Under the pieces are notes generated by a model. It searched no databases. It was not told where the DNA came from and worked only from the letters and a program-made list of their open reading frames with translations. Positions 15,849 through 30,432 of a DNA stretch of 64,000 nt are shown here, in pieces. The position numbers and the translations under genes are program-made. Source of the DNA: the human T2T-CHM13v2.0 reference genome, Homo sapiens; NCBI RefSeq assembly GCF_009914755.1, contig NC_060930.1. The stretch is one strand, 5' to 3'. Numbering within the stretch: position 1 is the stretch's first letter; every line of letters begins with the position of its first letter.

Positions 15849-17051
15849 TGACTCAGTCTTAGCTTGTCGTGACACTAGAAGTAAGAGGGTATTTTATTTC
15901 CAAGGAATTATAAGAATTAACTTTGTTTCTTTAGGATTGGGTCTGTTTTAGGGAAAATATCTTGTTTAAAGTTTCATTCTAGGCAAAAGTTCAGCTATTT
16001 TATTTTCCCAGTTTAAAAAAATGAATTGAATGTATAATATATTGAATCGTCATAGTTCTGTTAATGTTATTTCATCAGCTGTATATGAAACCCATTCATC
16101 TCGGAGTATGAAGCAGTTCTGCTTGTGTCAGCAGTTTAAAAGCAAAGCTGTGGATATGAGGGCAGCGAGGCACAATAATCCATTTCCTTTTAGAATGTTT
16201 GTGGCCTAAACTAAAGCCCAATTTCCTCATATTAAGCAGTCCTTTTGAAAGAAGATGATAATTCCATCAAATAATTTTGCTGTATATTTATAAACAGACA
16301 GAAGCGAAGTTTATGATGTTAGGGCTTAATTTAATGGATTTTGGATTGCATGTATAGTGAGTTATGGGAAAAAATAGAATTTAACATCTTATAGTAAAAC
16401 AGACGTTCATTGCCAGAATCACTGATCCGTCCTGGAGACCTGTGCTTATCTTTTTTGCCATTTGTCAAAAGGAGGCTCTTTTCTTTTTTTTTCCTTCTGC
16501 ATACATTATTTTCTCTGTGTTCATTTCTCTACAGTAGATGGTATTTCCACAGTTTAAAAATATCAGTGCTTTTCCTTTATGTGGAAATTGAGATATTATC
16601 CAGAAAGACAGTTCTGAGACACAGTACAGATTTCTAGCTGCTATAGCCTGGGCATGGTGACTCCACCTCCTCCCCAGCTTAAATGAAGAGAAAACAGAGT
16701 GGCACTGTGGAGAACGGACCACACAGCTGTACCTTTCAGCCATGGGCACTCCATGAAACAGGCTTTCTAAAGCTATTGCCACTTGGAAAATTAAAAGAAA
16801 AAAAAAACTCAGGGAAAATAATGTTTCAAATGATTTTCTTTTTAAAGAACAAATGCAATTAATACAAACATAAAGGTAACAGATTCAGAGAATGTATCAA
16901 CGATTGGGTGGAATGACAGAAAATTAAATGTGGGGCGGTGTTCTTCATTTCTTCTTTCTTCCATTGGCCAATGGCCTTGTAGATGTTGATTTCACCTTCA
17001 GTTTTGGATTCAGATTATCAGGAGTAAGTTTTCAACACCCTAAGTCTGTAT

Positions 17052-17242
17052 CAGAGTTTCTTAACCTTGCCACTATTGACATTTGTAGCCAGATCATTCT
17101 TGGTTGTGAGGGCTGTCCTGTGCACTGTAAAATGTTTAGCAGCCTTGCTGGACTCCATCCCCCAGGATAGCTAAAAACGTCTCCAGACAGTGCCAAATGT
17201 CCCCTGGGGGCAAAACCCCCCTACTCTGATTAAGAACCAGTG
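17052..17242 (+). mobile_element. MER20 (hAT-Charlie non-autonomous element)
   Basis: cagagtttcttaaccttgccactattgacattt...tgccaaatgtcccctggggg...gaaccagtg, with TIR-like ends. Confidence 0.85.
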
Positions 17243-18009
17243 GATGCATTTCATCTTTCATCTTTGTACCTCTGGTCCCTAGCCATGTCTAGCTCTAGCA
17301 TTTACTTAGTAAATGTCAATTAAATGACTGAAAAGATGAAACTGGTGCTTCTATGTATGTAACCATTTTTTTGGTATCTGAATATATCAATACATATATA
17401 GTTTATTTTAAAATGAGAGGTATTTTGATTTGTTTTTCTAGAAGACCTTTTACGATGAAGATAAGTTTAATGTAATTATTAATTCCCTTTTCTTCATTAG
17501 TTATAATCACGTAACACATTTATATTGCATAGGTATATTCCTGTGAATTTCAGAGATATTAGTATCAGTATCTTTATCATTCTTTCCTCATGGCATAGTG
17601 TTCTGAGGATGCCATGGTCCTAATAAAGTCTGGTTCTATTAAAGGGATGTCATGTATCTTCCAGAAAGGCTGGTGAAAGGACATTGGTCCTTTTAGTTCC
17701 AACTGGCCCTCAGGAGCCTGTGACCCAGGAGCACCTTGCTGTGTGTAGTGCGGGCTTGACCCTGCCCCAGTGAGGCAGCACAATTGTGAGCTGGTCCTGG
17801 TACCTCCTAGAGAATGTGACAGTTCTGAGTCACCTGTGGAGGAAATAGAGGCAGCAAATAGAGATGGTAGAAAAGCCAGGAAAGGAATGAAACATAGTGC
17901 TGAAGTGTTTATCTTCTTAAGGCTGACACTTTCCTCCTTGGCCTTTTAAGAGGAACAAATAGGCAGCCATCAACATGGCAGGTCTTAGCACAATTAACAT
18001 TTCGGTAGC

Positions 18010-18135
18010 GCTGGCAACAGGGCCAGGCACTGTTCTGAGAACTCTATTGGATTTACTCATTTAATTATAATGGTACAAAGAATGCACTATTATTGTCCCC
18101 ATTTTACAGAAAATAGTGGCACAGAGGGGTTAATT
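18010..18135 (-). mobile_element. MIR
   Basis: ccaggcactgttctgag...tattattgtccccattttacaga. Confidence 0.65.
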
Positions 18136-18149
18136 GATAAATTCAATAG

Positions 18150-19480
18150 ACATCATTGGAGTCCACTCCCTGCCCTGGGTGTTGTGTATAAAATACAGTG
18201 TATTCATACATAACATTCTCCCTGACCTCAAGAAGCTGATATCTAACTGGTAGAGGAGATAATACACAAAGGACCAAGTGAGAACATGTTAAGTGCCATA
18301 GAAGAAGAAATGACAAGGTGCTATGTGTTGCTTGCTGTGCAACATTGGGCAAGGTATTTAACTCACCTAAACCTGTTTTCTCAAAAACTGGGATAATAAT
18401 AACACCCACCTGTGGGGTTGCTGTGAATACAATGTTCGGCATATAGTAAGTACTTAACTAATGTCATAGAGTAGTAGAGTAATAGTAGAGTGAGAGGTTT
18501 GTTTACTTGGGTGTACCAGAGAGTTCATGGAGGTATTATTTTAACTGAAGCTTGAAGGACTGGCAACACTTAAACATCTGGTAACAGGAAACCCATTCTC
18601 AAGGAAATAATATAAATAAAAGTGTAGTACAGGGGAGCTCATAAAATAGGAAAATCCTAAGGTTTATTTATGGCAAGAAAGAGTATAGCAGAAGAAAAGG
18701 TAAAAAAGGTAAGTTCTGAGGTCACATCATTACATTAGCCTCAGGTTAGGGAATTTGGAGCTTTTCCTTAGGCAATGTGGACCCATGGATAGCTTTTGAA
18801 CAGAACAGTAGCAGTGCTTTAGGGAGATTTTTCTGCCGTGCATATGCAGGATGGATTTGATTGGAGGAGAGAGGCTTCCAGGGCACAACAAGGAGGCAGT
18901 TGTATTGGAGAACACAGGCTGGGCTGATGGTGCTGATGGCCACGAGAGTGCCAGAGAAGAGGGGGAGGGGGTTATATTGATGATGGAATTGACTGATCCA
19001 GTGAAGGTGGAGAAGAGAGTTGTTTCAAGACAAAAAAATACCAACAATGAACTTTAGATACTGAGAATGAGTCACTGGAAGGATTGTGTAGCAGTAATGA
19101 ACATCCAGAAAACTCAAATATAAGCTGCAGGGTGGCTGATGAGTTCACTTTTGACATCTTAAGTTAGAGATGCCATCTGTTTGGGGCATGCAACAAACAT
19201 CTCCTTTCCAGAACAGAAATCTGAGCTAGAGACAGAAATCCAAAAGGTGTTTAGGTTGATATGGTGGAAGGAACTGGAGAAAGGATAAAGGACGTCACTT
19301 TTGGGGAGAGAGGGGAGTAGATCAACGAGCAGCCCTGCCTAAAGAGGCAGAGGAGGGCAGGAGGGAGGTAGCCAAGAACCAAGGAGAGTCTCAGAAGCCT
19401 AGGACAGAGTGACTCCAGGAAGCAGCACTGATGAATGGACTCAGCTATTTCAGAGAGGCTGAGGAGGACCAGTTAGGTTA
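18150..19480 (-). mobile_element. L2, long fragmented copy interrupted by MIR
   Basis: ccctgacctcaagaagct, ttttgaacagaacagt and gatgagttcacttttgacatcttaagttagagatgcc match the L2 reverse strand. Confidence 0.65.
18330..18462 (+). mobile_element. MIR
   Basis: ttgggcaaggtatttaac...gggataataataacacccacc. Confidence 0.7.
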
Positions 19481-19759
19481 GTCATGGGACTTGACAATCA
19501 GAGTATTTTTTTGTTAAGAGAAGATGTTTTGTTCTGTGATGGAGTAGGAAATATTGTGGTAAGGAATGAATGTTGGAGGAAAAGTCTGCAGTGTTTATAT
19601 GGAAGAGGCTCGGCAAATTCACATGCCCACCTTGGAAATTTCCATTCTCAGGGGTCAGTTTTTGAAAAAAAGAGTGTGCTTGTGTGTGGGTGAATGGGTG
19701 TGTCTCTCCGTGTGTAGTATGTGCATAGAGGAAGGGTTTGGGGAGCGGAAGGGCTCAGG

Positions 19760-19981
19760 CACTGTTTCAGCCCTGATTAATTGTTGCCATATGGAAATGC
19801 GAGCCCAGTCATACCAGCAGTTTTGATTTTTCAAATGAAGTAGGCAATCTAGTTTTTTTTTTAAAAAGTGGGATCTGTATATTTAAAAATCTTGCCCCAA
19901 ATTTTTAAAACCCCTGTCCAAGCCAAATAAAGCCTGTCTGCAGGTGAGACACAGCCTGTGAGGTTGCAGCTCGCTTCTCTG
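19760..19981 (-). mobile_element. MER102-like hAT-Charlie element
   Basis: ttgttgccatatggaaatgcgagcccagt...gatttttcaaatgaag...gccaaataaagcctgtctgcagg (recalled consensus). Confidence 0.55.
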
Positions 19982-20825
19982 GAACACATAATGGGTTTAA
20001 GAGAGACAGCAGCTCTAGAAAGGTGCCAGGCTTACCACAGGCACTAGATAACTCTGTTGAATGAGAAACAGGTTGTGGGGAGATTATTTTTAGACAGGCA
20101 GAAACACAGGGCTTTAATTTGATATAGTTATGATAGTATATGTTGTGGATATAAGTGACAGTTTAAAATGCTGGTAAATTAAACTATGAAACATTTCCAT
20201 TCAAGAGTATTACTTTTAATTCGTTTGTCAATATTGGCCTCTCATTACCTATTAAAATGATTGGCTTCACACCACTGATAATGGTGACAGAACGCAGATC
20301 CATTTGCAGTATTGTTATTGCATCAGCACCACTGAAAATTAGTAGTGATTAGAACTTCAAGAGTAACTCCACTAAATCAGGAGACAAGTACTTCTTATCT
20401 GTTCTTTGAAATATATTTTAAAATTGTCAATTTCTCTGCTTGTGTTAAATTAAAAGCAGGCCATGGACTTTCCACAAGACACAGGTCGATAGGAAAGGAG
20501 GGAGGTAGAGATACACGAGAGTAGGTGCATTGGAGATGTTTCAGTTCAGGGTTCTCTGTAATTTCTTTAACTTTCTGCAGGTTGTTTACTTATCAGATTC
20601 AGTCTTCTCCAAAGTACCTTTGTTCTGCTCAAACTCAAATTGAATTGAGACTGCAAACAGTTTAATTCTAGATACCCAGACTGGTTGATTGCTGAAAGTA
20701 TTTTATGACTACCAAGTTGGGAAATTGTAGTAAAACCTATCTGTGGATTTGTCTGTGTTTTCATTCCATCTTAAAATGCAAGAGCTATACAAGTATATAT
20801 ATGTATATGTATCTTTAAGATAAAT

Positions 20826-20950
20826 AATATTGCCCTTTGACAGATGAGAAAACTGAGGCTTAGAAAGGTCACATAGCCTCCTAATGTCAGATGTTTACTC
20901 AGTTATACAGCTGGAATATAATACAGTCTGACCCCAATGCCTGTATCTTG
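20826..20950 (-). mobile_element. MIR
   Basis: acagatgagaaaactgaggcttagaaagg. Confidence 0.7.
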
Positions 20951-22589
20951 AGGCAGCTTTAGCCAAATTAAGGTCTGAGTAACTTGCTCCATTGACTTTC
21001 AGGAATAAAGCTGTATTTTCTTCTTAAAGTAGCAATATGCCTTCTTTTGCTCTAGCCTGTGGGGACAGCTAATTTTCTGTTCTTCTAAAAGTAATGGCAG
21101 GAGTAACTCTTTGGACTGAGTACCTGTGATTTCCAAGGGGAAGCTCATGGTTGCAGATCCATGTCTATATTTTAATTGTGAAGGCTATGGGACTTTAAAT
21201 TTCTTACCTCTTTCTTTCTTTGTAAGACGATTTTGTTAAATTACCATTTCCTTATTGGGACTGGCTATGTGTGAATTCCTAGAAAGAGAAGTTGTGTTTA
21301 CTCTATTCTTTGCTCCATCGTTTTTCTTTGAAGTTAAAGCTGTCACGTGGCTCATATTTTTCAGGGTCTATGCAACTCGGAGGGAGATTTTTAATACTAT
21401 ATATAGTTCATCTATCTTTATAGGAAGACTTCAGAAAGATGCCTACATAGGCATAGGATCCAATGGAAAACATTAGTATGCTTCATTTTTTGCTTCCAGA
21501 AACTCAGATGTATCTCTGTTCTTTGTCACAGTTTAAAATAAGAATCTAGGGTTTTGTTTTTTAAGTAAATGTATGTGTGTATTTGAATGAAAAGACATAA
21601 ATATTTACATATATATTTTATAAGTATATTCACGCATATTCAAATGCAATCGATGTTTCCCTTTAGACAGATGTTAATGAGGTGATAAATATTAATACAT
21701 ATTACAGGTATACAACTTCCTAAGATTCTATATTTTTTTAGGCAAAAAATATGTTCCTCTGCAACCATACCACACAGACTTAACATCTGTTGTAAAGTGT
21801 GTTAAAATCCGGCAACTCAATGTCAGTTGGATCTGGCTTTATGGTATGCTTCCTTCATTATGGCTCTCACTGGGGGAGGAGAGCTTTCTGATACCATCCA
21901 AACCTCCAGAGCACCATTCAAAGCAGCTGGTATTCTATATATTACATAATTATGAAGCACACCGTGTAGTTTAGAATACTTAAGAGGCACTAGGGGCCCA
22001 CTTCTCAAAATATTTACAGCCTTTTATTCTTCTAAAAACAATAATTTGCATGCCTAAAATGATTTGTGTACCTTTGCCATGCAAATTTCCTTTAGCCTCT
22101 TTTTTTCTGTTAAACCTTGATCTGAAAATATCAGTGTTTAGTAGTAAATAGGCCAGAGGGAAATGTAATTGGCAGGAATGGAGGTTTTAAACATTTCCCC
22201 CAAATTTTGGGTATTCAAGGGGAAATGGGAGAAATCATGGAGAAAGGAAGGTCTGAGGTAAGGACCCCTGCTAAGGACAGGTACCAGATCTAAGGAGAGG
22301 CTCTAGGACAGGGGCCAGGCTTTGCATTGAAAGGGACAATGAGGGGCTGAGTGCCATCCAATAGGCCAACTGTCTGGGGACAGTTACTGATTTAGAAGAA
22401 TATTAAGAAAATGGTTTGGGAGTTCCTAGATCCCAAAGTAAGGCAGTAAAGCAAGACCTCATGCCAAGGGTTGTTAAAGAGATCATTCTTGGAGCTCAGT
22501 GACTCTGATCACACAGAGGGTCTCCCCTTACCAGCCTCGTTCACTGCCCTCTTTCCAAATCTTGTCCACTCTTTAGAACTTGGCTCAAT

Positions 22590-22910
22590 CAGCCATTCAT
22601 TCGACAAACATGAATTGCACATTCTATGTGCCAGGCGATGTGCTGGACAATGGGAATAGGAAAATACACGTGATAGTATAACCCTTTAAAGACTCTGTTG
22701 TCGAAGAGCAGAAAGGCATAAAACCCCATCAGTGTGCCCAGGTATCTGTGGCATGGTAGTAAAAGCAAGTATAGGAAAAGAGGGCACCAAGAAGGGAGTG
22801 CTCTGTTCTACCTTATGTAGCATTAGAGGTCAGGAAGGGTTCGGCTATGGAAGTGATTCCTGAGGCAGACACAGCAGGGACAAGTGTTCTAGAAAGGGTC
22901 TGGAGGCATG
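22590..22910 (-). mobile_element. L2
   Basis: cattcattcgacaaacatgaattgcacattctatgtgccaggc. Confidence 0.65.
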
Positions 22911-23314
22911 ACATGCTGTAATGCTTTCTTTCTTTGTTTAATAACTTTGTCTTTCAACAGAGCCCTTTGGAGCTTTTCTAAGCTTTCTCATTTCTTCTGA
23001 GTTATCTGTGTCTATTAGGGATCAGGAGCTTGATATTTGGTATTTACAGAAAATGTCCCAGATGGAAATATTGCCCTCTTGGTGGAATGAGCCCCCTCCC
23101 AGGAGTCAGATGGGTCAGTGTCCTATGAGTTATCCTCCAAATGGAACCTGTAACAGAGTATTCAATCTGGCTTCAATTTCATTTTGAAATAGATGATTCC
23201 AAAAATGAGTATACTTGATAGTGGATTAAAACAAAATGAGCCCCTTTTGGAATTTAAGCTTGCTATGCTTCTCTTGTTTACAGTACTATTCTAATAAAAG
23301 TATATTAGAAAGAA

Positions 23315-23697
<383 letters not shown>

Positions 23698-24147
23698 TTA
23701 GAAGGAAAAATAAATTACTGGATCAGAGTATTGGTTAAATATACATCTTTAGAAGTGGTATTTAATATTAAACATGTACAGAATATATCTTGAGTGTAGA
23801 CTATTAAGTATCTACAGAGTACTTATGTAATATTATCACATACAAAAGGCAGGCAGATAGGCCAGTTATCTTAGTGATGGTTATTTTGGACACTGTATTA
23901 CAAAAAGATAATTATTTATTTTTTATGATTTTCTGTGTGTTTGCAAAACTATACAATGAAGCTGCATTCATTTTATAAATGGAAAATATTCTTTTTTCCT
24001 GTAATAAATTTTGGAGGTAACGAATTGAAAGAAGTCCTCCTTCAGGAAAGGACAATAGGGATACTGTTAGCCATCCCTAGAGGACCATCTCCTAAGATGA
24101 GGCTGGCTTCAAACTCTTGCACAGAAAATGATACAGTCTCTACTCTG

Positions 24148-24595
24148 TTCATTCATTCACCAACAAGACAGCCTCGTATGTGCTGATATCAAGCTATAAA
24201 AGATAAGTTTATCCATGGCCTCGAAGGTCCTGTAGTCTAGTTCAGGTAAGAGACATGTAGAAAAAAAAAACAGGCAAAGATACCTTACAAGTATGATAAA
24301 AGGTATCTGATCAGGTTAAAAAGAGAAAGTGGTTAATTAAAATGGAGACCCCGCCTGGTTCATCACGAGTTTCCTTGGTTCTGAAAGCCTTTGCTCTGAA
24401 AGCCTTTGCTCTATTCCTGCCAGGCTTCCCTTTTTTCATCATCATCAGACTTAAATGTTCTCTTGAGTGCCATATGCATTTCTACCATGATGTAAATTCC
24501 CTGAGGGCCACATTATGTCATATTCATATTTATATGCCCCACAATACCTTGCATGTAGTAGAAATTCAGTACATATTCATGGGAAAGTGAATGGC
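24148..24595. mobile_element. Two opposed L2 fragments (minus ~24148-24340, plus ~24380-24595)
   Basis: ttcattcattcaccaac start; tgtaaattccctgagggc...gtagaaattcagtacatatt end. Confidence 0.45.
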
Positions 24596-25637
24596 CCAGC
24601 TGTGCATACAGTAGTATTGTAATAGAAATAGTTCATTTCAGGCTCAAGCAAGCTATTTTATAAATCTGACAACTTCCTGATAGTGAAGGAAAATGACTAC
24701 ATCTGATCTCAGCAAGTGCCGATTGATTGATGCTTCTTTCTGATGCCATGTGGCAAAGGAAGAGGTTTCTTCATAAAGTCAGTAGCCTCTGACATGCATC
24801 ACCATGTCTTTTTTCTTAACAAACAGTCCTTTCTTTCATGAGGTCATGCACCTGTTATGCAGGAAAATAATAACACTCTTAGAAATATGGAAAGACAGAC
24901 GCTTCGCTTTATTAAACCACAGCTCTATGGTTTGTAAAAAAGATGCAACCCAGAAAACAGTTGTTTGTGGAGGATTTGGCTGAATTATTACAATCTCCAT
25001 GGGAGCCTGAGTTTTATGTGGGATCCAGGAACTGCATGGGTGGCAGCATCCACACTCTTGGTTCTCAGAGCCCAGTGCCCCTGTCGTGAGTGTTATCATT
25101 CAATTTTCACATAGCAAGAGTGACAGGAGCTAATTGTTTGGATCCTGTTTGTGTCCTTCTAACCCCATGCAGTTGAGTACTTTCTACTCATCTGAATGGC
25201 CAGTTGGAGTTCTAATAATAGAGTTTCTAAGCTTGTGTCTAGACTATGCCAGAAAGGTTGGTTCCATATGGTGAAAAGAAGACACATTTCAGCGAAAAGA
25301 AATCTTTATGAAAATTTACTTTAGTTAAAAGGGTAGCTTACTTTTTTTGGAAGAAATCACTACTTCTAGTGCATATCACATTAAGGTGTATTGTGAAGCT
25401 ATGTACACAGGTGAACACATTCACATCCGCACACATGCATGTTCTCATACACCTTCAATGGAACGAACTAAACCATTCTGAGCCTTGGACAATTGGGAAC
25501 TTGAGTTCTAGGGACTTCCAGTGGATGGTCATGCCATATAGAATTGAACTGATGGTATGATTTGTGGTCCCTTTTGGAAAATGAAGCTGACAGTTTCTTC
25601 CATTGCAAGAATACTCAAAATTTTAGTGTGCTGATCA

Positions 25638-25792
25638 AAGCATGAGGAAACTTTTGGGAAAGATGCATATGTTTACTGACTTGATGGTGGTGATGGTTTT
25701 GCAGGCACATACATGTGTCAAAACTTAGTAAATTGTATACTTTAAATATAAATATATGCAGTTATTGTATGTACTTATTACCTAAATAATAA
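25638..25792 (+). mobile_element. Old L1M (L1MC/L1ME) extreme 3' end
   Basis: gaggaaacttttggg...ttgatggtggtgatggttt...gtcaaaacttagtaaattgtatactttaaatat. Confidence 0.75.
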
Positions 25793-26216
25793 AGAACACA
25801 ATTTTAGTGTGCAGGACTGGAAGGCCCCTCCACATACCTCGCAGGAAGAGGTTTGGTAGTGAACTAACACAAATGCCAATGTGTTAACCTGGCAAATGCC
25901 CACATGCATTATTTCTGTAATCATCCAACACTCCTTCCAGGATCTAGGAAAATCACTAATTGTAGGTGAGTTTTGTGCTAAACACGTGTGTATCCATTCA
26001 ATATCCACAACGCCAATGGCCCGGACCTGTCTCTGGTCTGGAAAGAGACAGCAAGTTGTCTCATCACTGGTGAAGTTAGGAAATAGTGATAATCCAGAAT
26101 GCACAAGAAGGACTGTGACACCAGCAAGTTACAGTTACCCCTTGTGACCCTTCAGTCCTACATGGTTAATTTTATGTCTTAATAATTTAATTGTCAGATT
26201 CAACCATTACATTTAA

Positions 26217-26772
26217 TTGTGGAAAGCAGTGTGGCGATTACTCAAAGAGCTAATAACAGAAGTACCATCCAACCCAGAAATCTCATTACTAGGTATATAC
26301 CCCCCAAAATATAAATCGTTCTACCATAAAGACACATGCATGCATATGTTCATCACAGCACAATTCACAATAGCAAAGACATGAAATCAACCTAAATGCC
26401 AATCAATGGTAGACTGGATAAAGAAAATGTGGAACATATACACCATGGGATACTATGCAGCCTTAAAAAGGAATGAGATCACGTCCTTCTCAGGGACATG
26501 GATGGAGCTGGAGGCCATCATCCTTAGCAAACTAACACAGGAAAAGAAAACTAAATACTGCATATTCTCAGTTATAAGTGGAGCTAAATGATGAGAACAC
26601 ATGGACACAAAGAGGGGAACAACACACACTGGGGCCTACTTGGGGGTGGAGGATAGGAGGAGAGAGAGGAGCAGAGAAAAGAAACAACTGTTGGGTACCA
26701 GGTTTTGACACAGATTTACCTATATAACAAAGCTGCACATACACCCGTGAACCTAAAATAAAAGTTAAAAAA
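26217..26772 (+). mobile_element. L1PA15/16-like 3' end with a small internal deletion
   Basis: ORF2 C-terminal peptide MVDWIKKMWNIYTMGYYAA, 3'UTR gagaggagcaga...ttgggtacc, and an A-tail. Confidence 0.85.
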
Positions 26773-29700
26773 CACAACAAAAATCAGATTAATTTGCTTT
26801 TAGCTGCTACCTTAATAAATTCTTTTCTTGCTACTCACTGCAAGAAATATAGACAAAATTGTAGAAATAGAGTAAAAAAGAAAGAGTTTGCAAATTCCCA
26901 AGTGAGTTTTAACAAAGGACAATGAGTTGTGTGTGGAGAAGCCTCTTAGCAGTAGAAAAAGACAAATTCCAGTCCCAGCTTTCCCCACATGGGGACTGGA
27001 ATAGGTCTCCAGGTTACTCAGCCCTGGACCTTGGATAGGGGCTCCCCAGATCTGTACCTGTTAGGTCCAGGCCTGAGAGCCGAGGCAGGGATTGGGGCTC
27101 AAGGAGGTGACAATAAAAATTGCTAGAGTTAAGAAGAATGTGGGAAAAGAGAGGGCCTGAGAAACAGAGGCAGCTAAGGAGAGGCAGGGTGTCAGCAGAT
27201 ATACCCATAATTCCCATAGTCGTGGTGGCAACACCACGCATCTTGGCACACGAGGAGGAGAGAAAGGGGAACCAGGAGGCTGAGTAGGTCAGAAACATGG
27301 GGTTTGACTGGAGAGGACAGAAGAGACAAGGTGTGGTGGCAGCATTTCCAAAGTCTATGGGAGGTCGGGTGTGGGGGATTAAGGTGGCCTCTGGGCCTAC
27401 TGAGAGTGGATAAGAATTTCTTTGATTTTATACTTTCAGTTGGAGAAACTAGGTACTCCTGGAGTTTTTCTATATCCCTTCCTTTATCTCCATTATTTCT
27501 TATTCACCTGCTTTAAACATATTTCTGATTCATTTCAAGTTAGAATCAACATTTTAAGTTCAGACTTAGGTTTTAGAGGTGAGTATTTGACAAACCAGCA
27601 CCCTGATATCCAAACGTTAAAAAGAATTTAAAAATTAAATGATGATATCTATTTTTCTGAACATCTAAAAAAGAAAGCCCAATTATTCTTTATAGTTGGA
27701 ATATCCTATTATAATTAACTTTAATCCATACTAAATGGGCTTTAAGAAAACAGGCTTTTCTCACCTCGGTTCGATTTCATTTTTCAGTCTTAATGATTTG
27801 AGGTAGCTCCTGCTAATTTTTGTTAGCCATGCACAAATGCAAATGGTAATGAGGCTTTTGTGTATGTGTGTGAAATTCAAAATCCATCCCTACTCTATTA
27901 ACTCTGTAAAGAAAGTTACACCGTAGGAGACCATAGTAGTCTGAACAAAAGGGCTTCTATTGTACAAAACCAATTTCCATGTAATCAAGTTGGGCGACAG
28001 AGTGTTTGCTCTTGAATGGTATTTGTGCAGTGTTAGAGATGTCTGACCTGTGCTCTGTGCCCGGGAGTTCTATCACTTTGCCGGGTGGAAAGGTCAAAGG
28101 AAAGAAATGTCTCCTGAGTGTCGGAGCTGAAATTGTGAAGCTTCACAATGGGCTCGCTCTGTGGCCACCTCAGTTATTACTTTTGTCACTAAAATCTGGC
28201 AAAGCATGGACATCTTTTAACTGATTTGCTTAGGAAACAGCAAGAGATTTCTGTAACTAAAAAAGTATCTCATTTGGAATTAGGACTCTTCTTTTTCTTA
28301 ATGTGTGAAGTTTTATTAAAGTTCTAGTTATCAGTTAATGCATTTTTCCACCTTGTGCATGTAACTGCAGTGCCAGGCACACAGTAGGGACTCAGTAAAT
28401 ATGCATTTTTATTAAAGAACGAATGAATAACAAATGAACCAAATGTCTCTTAAGCAACAGATGCAATATTTTATAACTTCATCATACCAGTCTAGGAAGC
28501 TTGACATACTTTGATCTAAAAACATTTATATTCTATAATTTTCTTGTAATGCAAAAATTAACACATAGTCTTCTTCCATGGATGTGATATAAAGGTGCTT
28601 TTTGTTTTGAGTAGATGTCTTTGTAAGAATGGAAATACCATTTTGCAGTGTAGGCAGCCGTTAGATGATGTTATACCCTTAACGGTGTTTTAGCTCAGGG
28701 AAGAACCCCAGTGTCCTGCAAGACCCCTCCACGTGGTTCTGCAGGGAAACCTCTGAAGGCTACGACCAGCAACCTGACAGTCACAAAGGCAGCCAACAAA
28801 AGCTCTCACGGCTTTGCTCCAGAATCAAATAGGAGAGCCAAGTGCTACTTTTAAGAAGCGGCACCACGCTGACATGCTGCGGGGTTCTGCCTTATAAATC
28901 GATGCTGATACGATTCTACAAGTCTGTAATCAGTTTGAGATTATGCTCTGGTGTGTTCTACAGCAGACAGATTGCAATTTTCACTTTAGTTTTCCAGTAA
29001 AACGGAAGATGATTGGGCAAGTTACCCTGCAGTATACTTGTTAGTGGCTTTAAAAACGGCATTAACTTTTGTTCATTTGGTTGCTACGAAACTGAAAAAG
29101 GCTCTGTGAGACTCTGACTTTTTCATACCACATTGTATTTTATAAGTATGTCCCCATTTCCAGCCCCGGACCCCATGTTCCTCCAGAGAAGAGTCTGTTC
29201 AGGTATTTTATATCTTTATATCCCTAGAGCCTAGTGCAATGTCTAGATATTTTTTCAGAATGAAGTAATAGAAACACATTTTTTAAAGTTAAAAAAGAAA
29301 AAATTTGGGCATCTTTACTGTTAACTCAAAAATGCATTATCTAATATTATTGATTTGCACCATATCTATAACCTGAAACTAACTAGGTATGAACACCTGT
29401 AGACAAAGCTCTTATACAGTAAGACTAGACCAAATATACATGTTAAATACATACCAATTTATATGATCAATCCAGTTGGCACTAACAACATTATTGTAAT
29501 GTGACAGGTGATGTTTTGTCCAAACTGGTGTAATTCTTACAATGTTTAACAATCTGTTTCCACTTGTCAATTTGAATCTTCCAATTTTGAGTCTTACTAT
29601 TATTTGACAATTGTTATTCACAATTATTTGAACCATCATCATTGTCTTGGTTATTATTCCTTTAACGGTGAATGTGAATTTAAATCACCATTTGTTTTGA

Positions 29701-30113
29701 TATGCTAATTTAATAGATCACCTCAAAATATAATATTTATTAAAAAATACCATATGTGGTAAATTCTCAATTGCATGTTTACTTCTATACCTGCTATAAA
29801 TTAAGTATATAGACTTGGTATATCCAAGTCACAACATAAATATGGTGCTCATGACCATTGCAAGGTGTTCTGAATTTCTCAATGCTATGCCACCTCGGGA
29901 GTTTTCTCTGTAAAAACTTTGGGTCATTTTATTTATGTGTCAACCCTTGGTTATAAGAAGTCATTTGGGTGATGCAGAATTTTAAATATTTCCTATAGGA
30001 TTTGCAAAACCAGCAATTATCCCTCTCATCCTTTGTGCCCCCAGGTTTAAGAAACACTGCAGTGAATGTACTCCAAGTGAGTGACTGAATGCAAAGCCAT
30101 TAATGTGGCCTGA

Positions 30114-30432
<319 letters not shown>

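Noticed and set aside
20322-20342. REST/NRSE-like TCAGCACCAC
   Set aside because: The right half-site GGACAG is absent.
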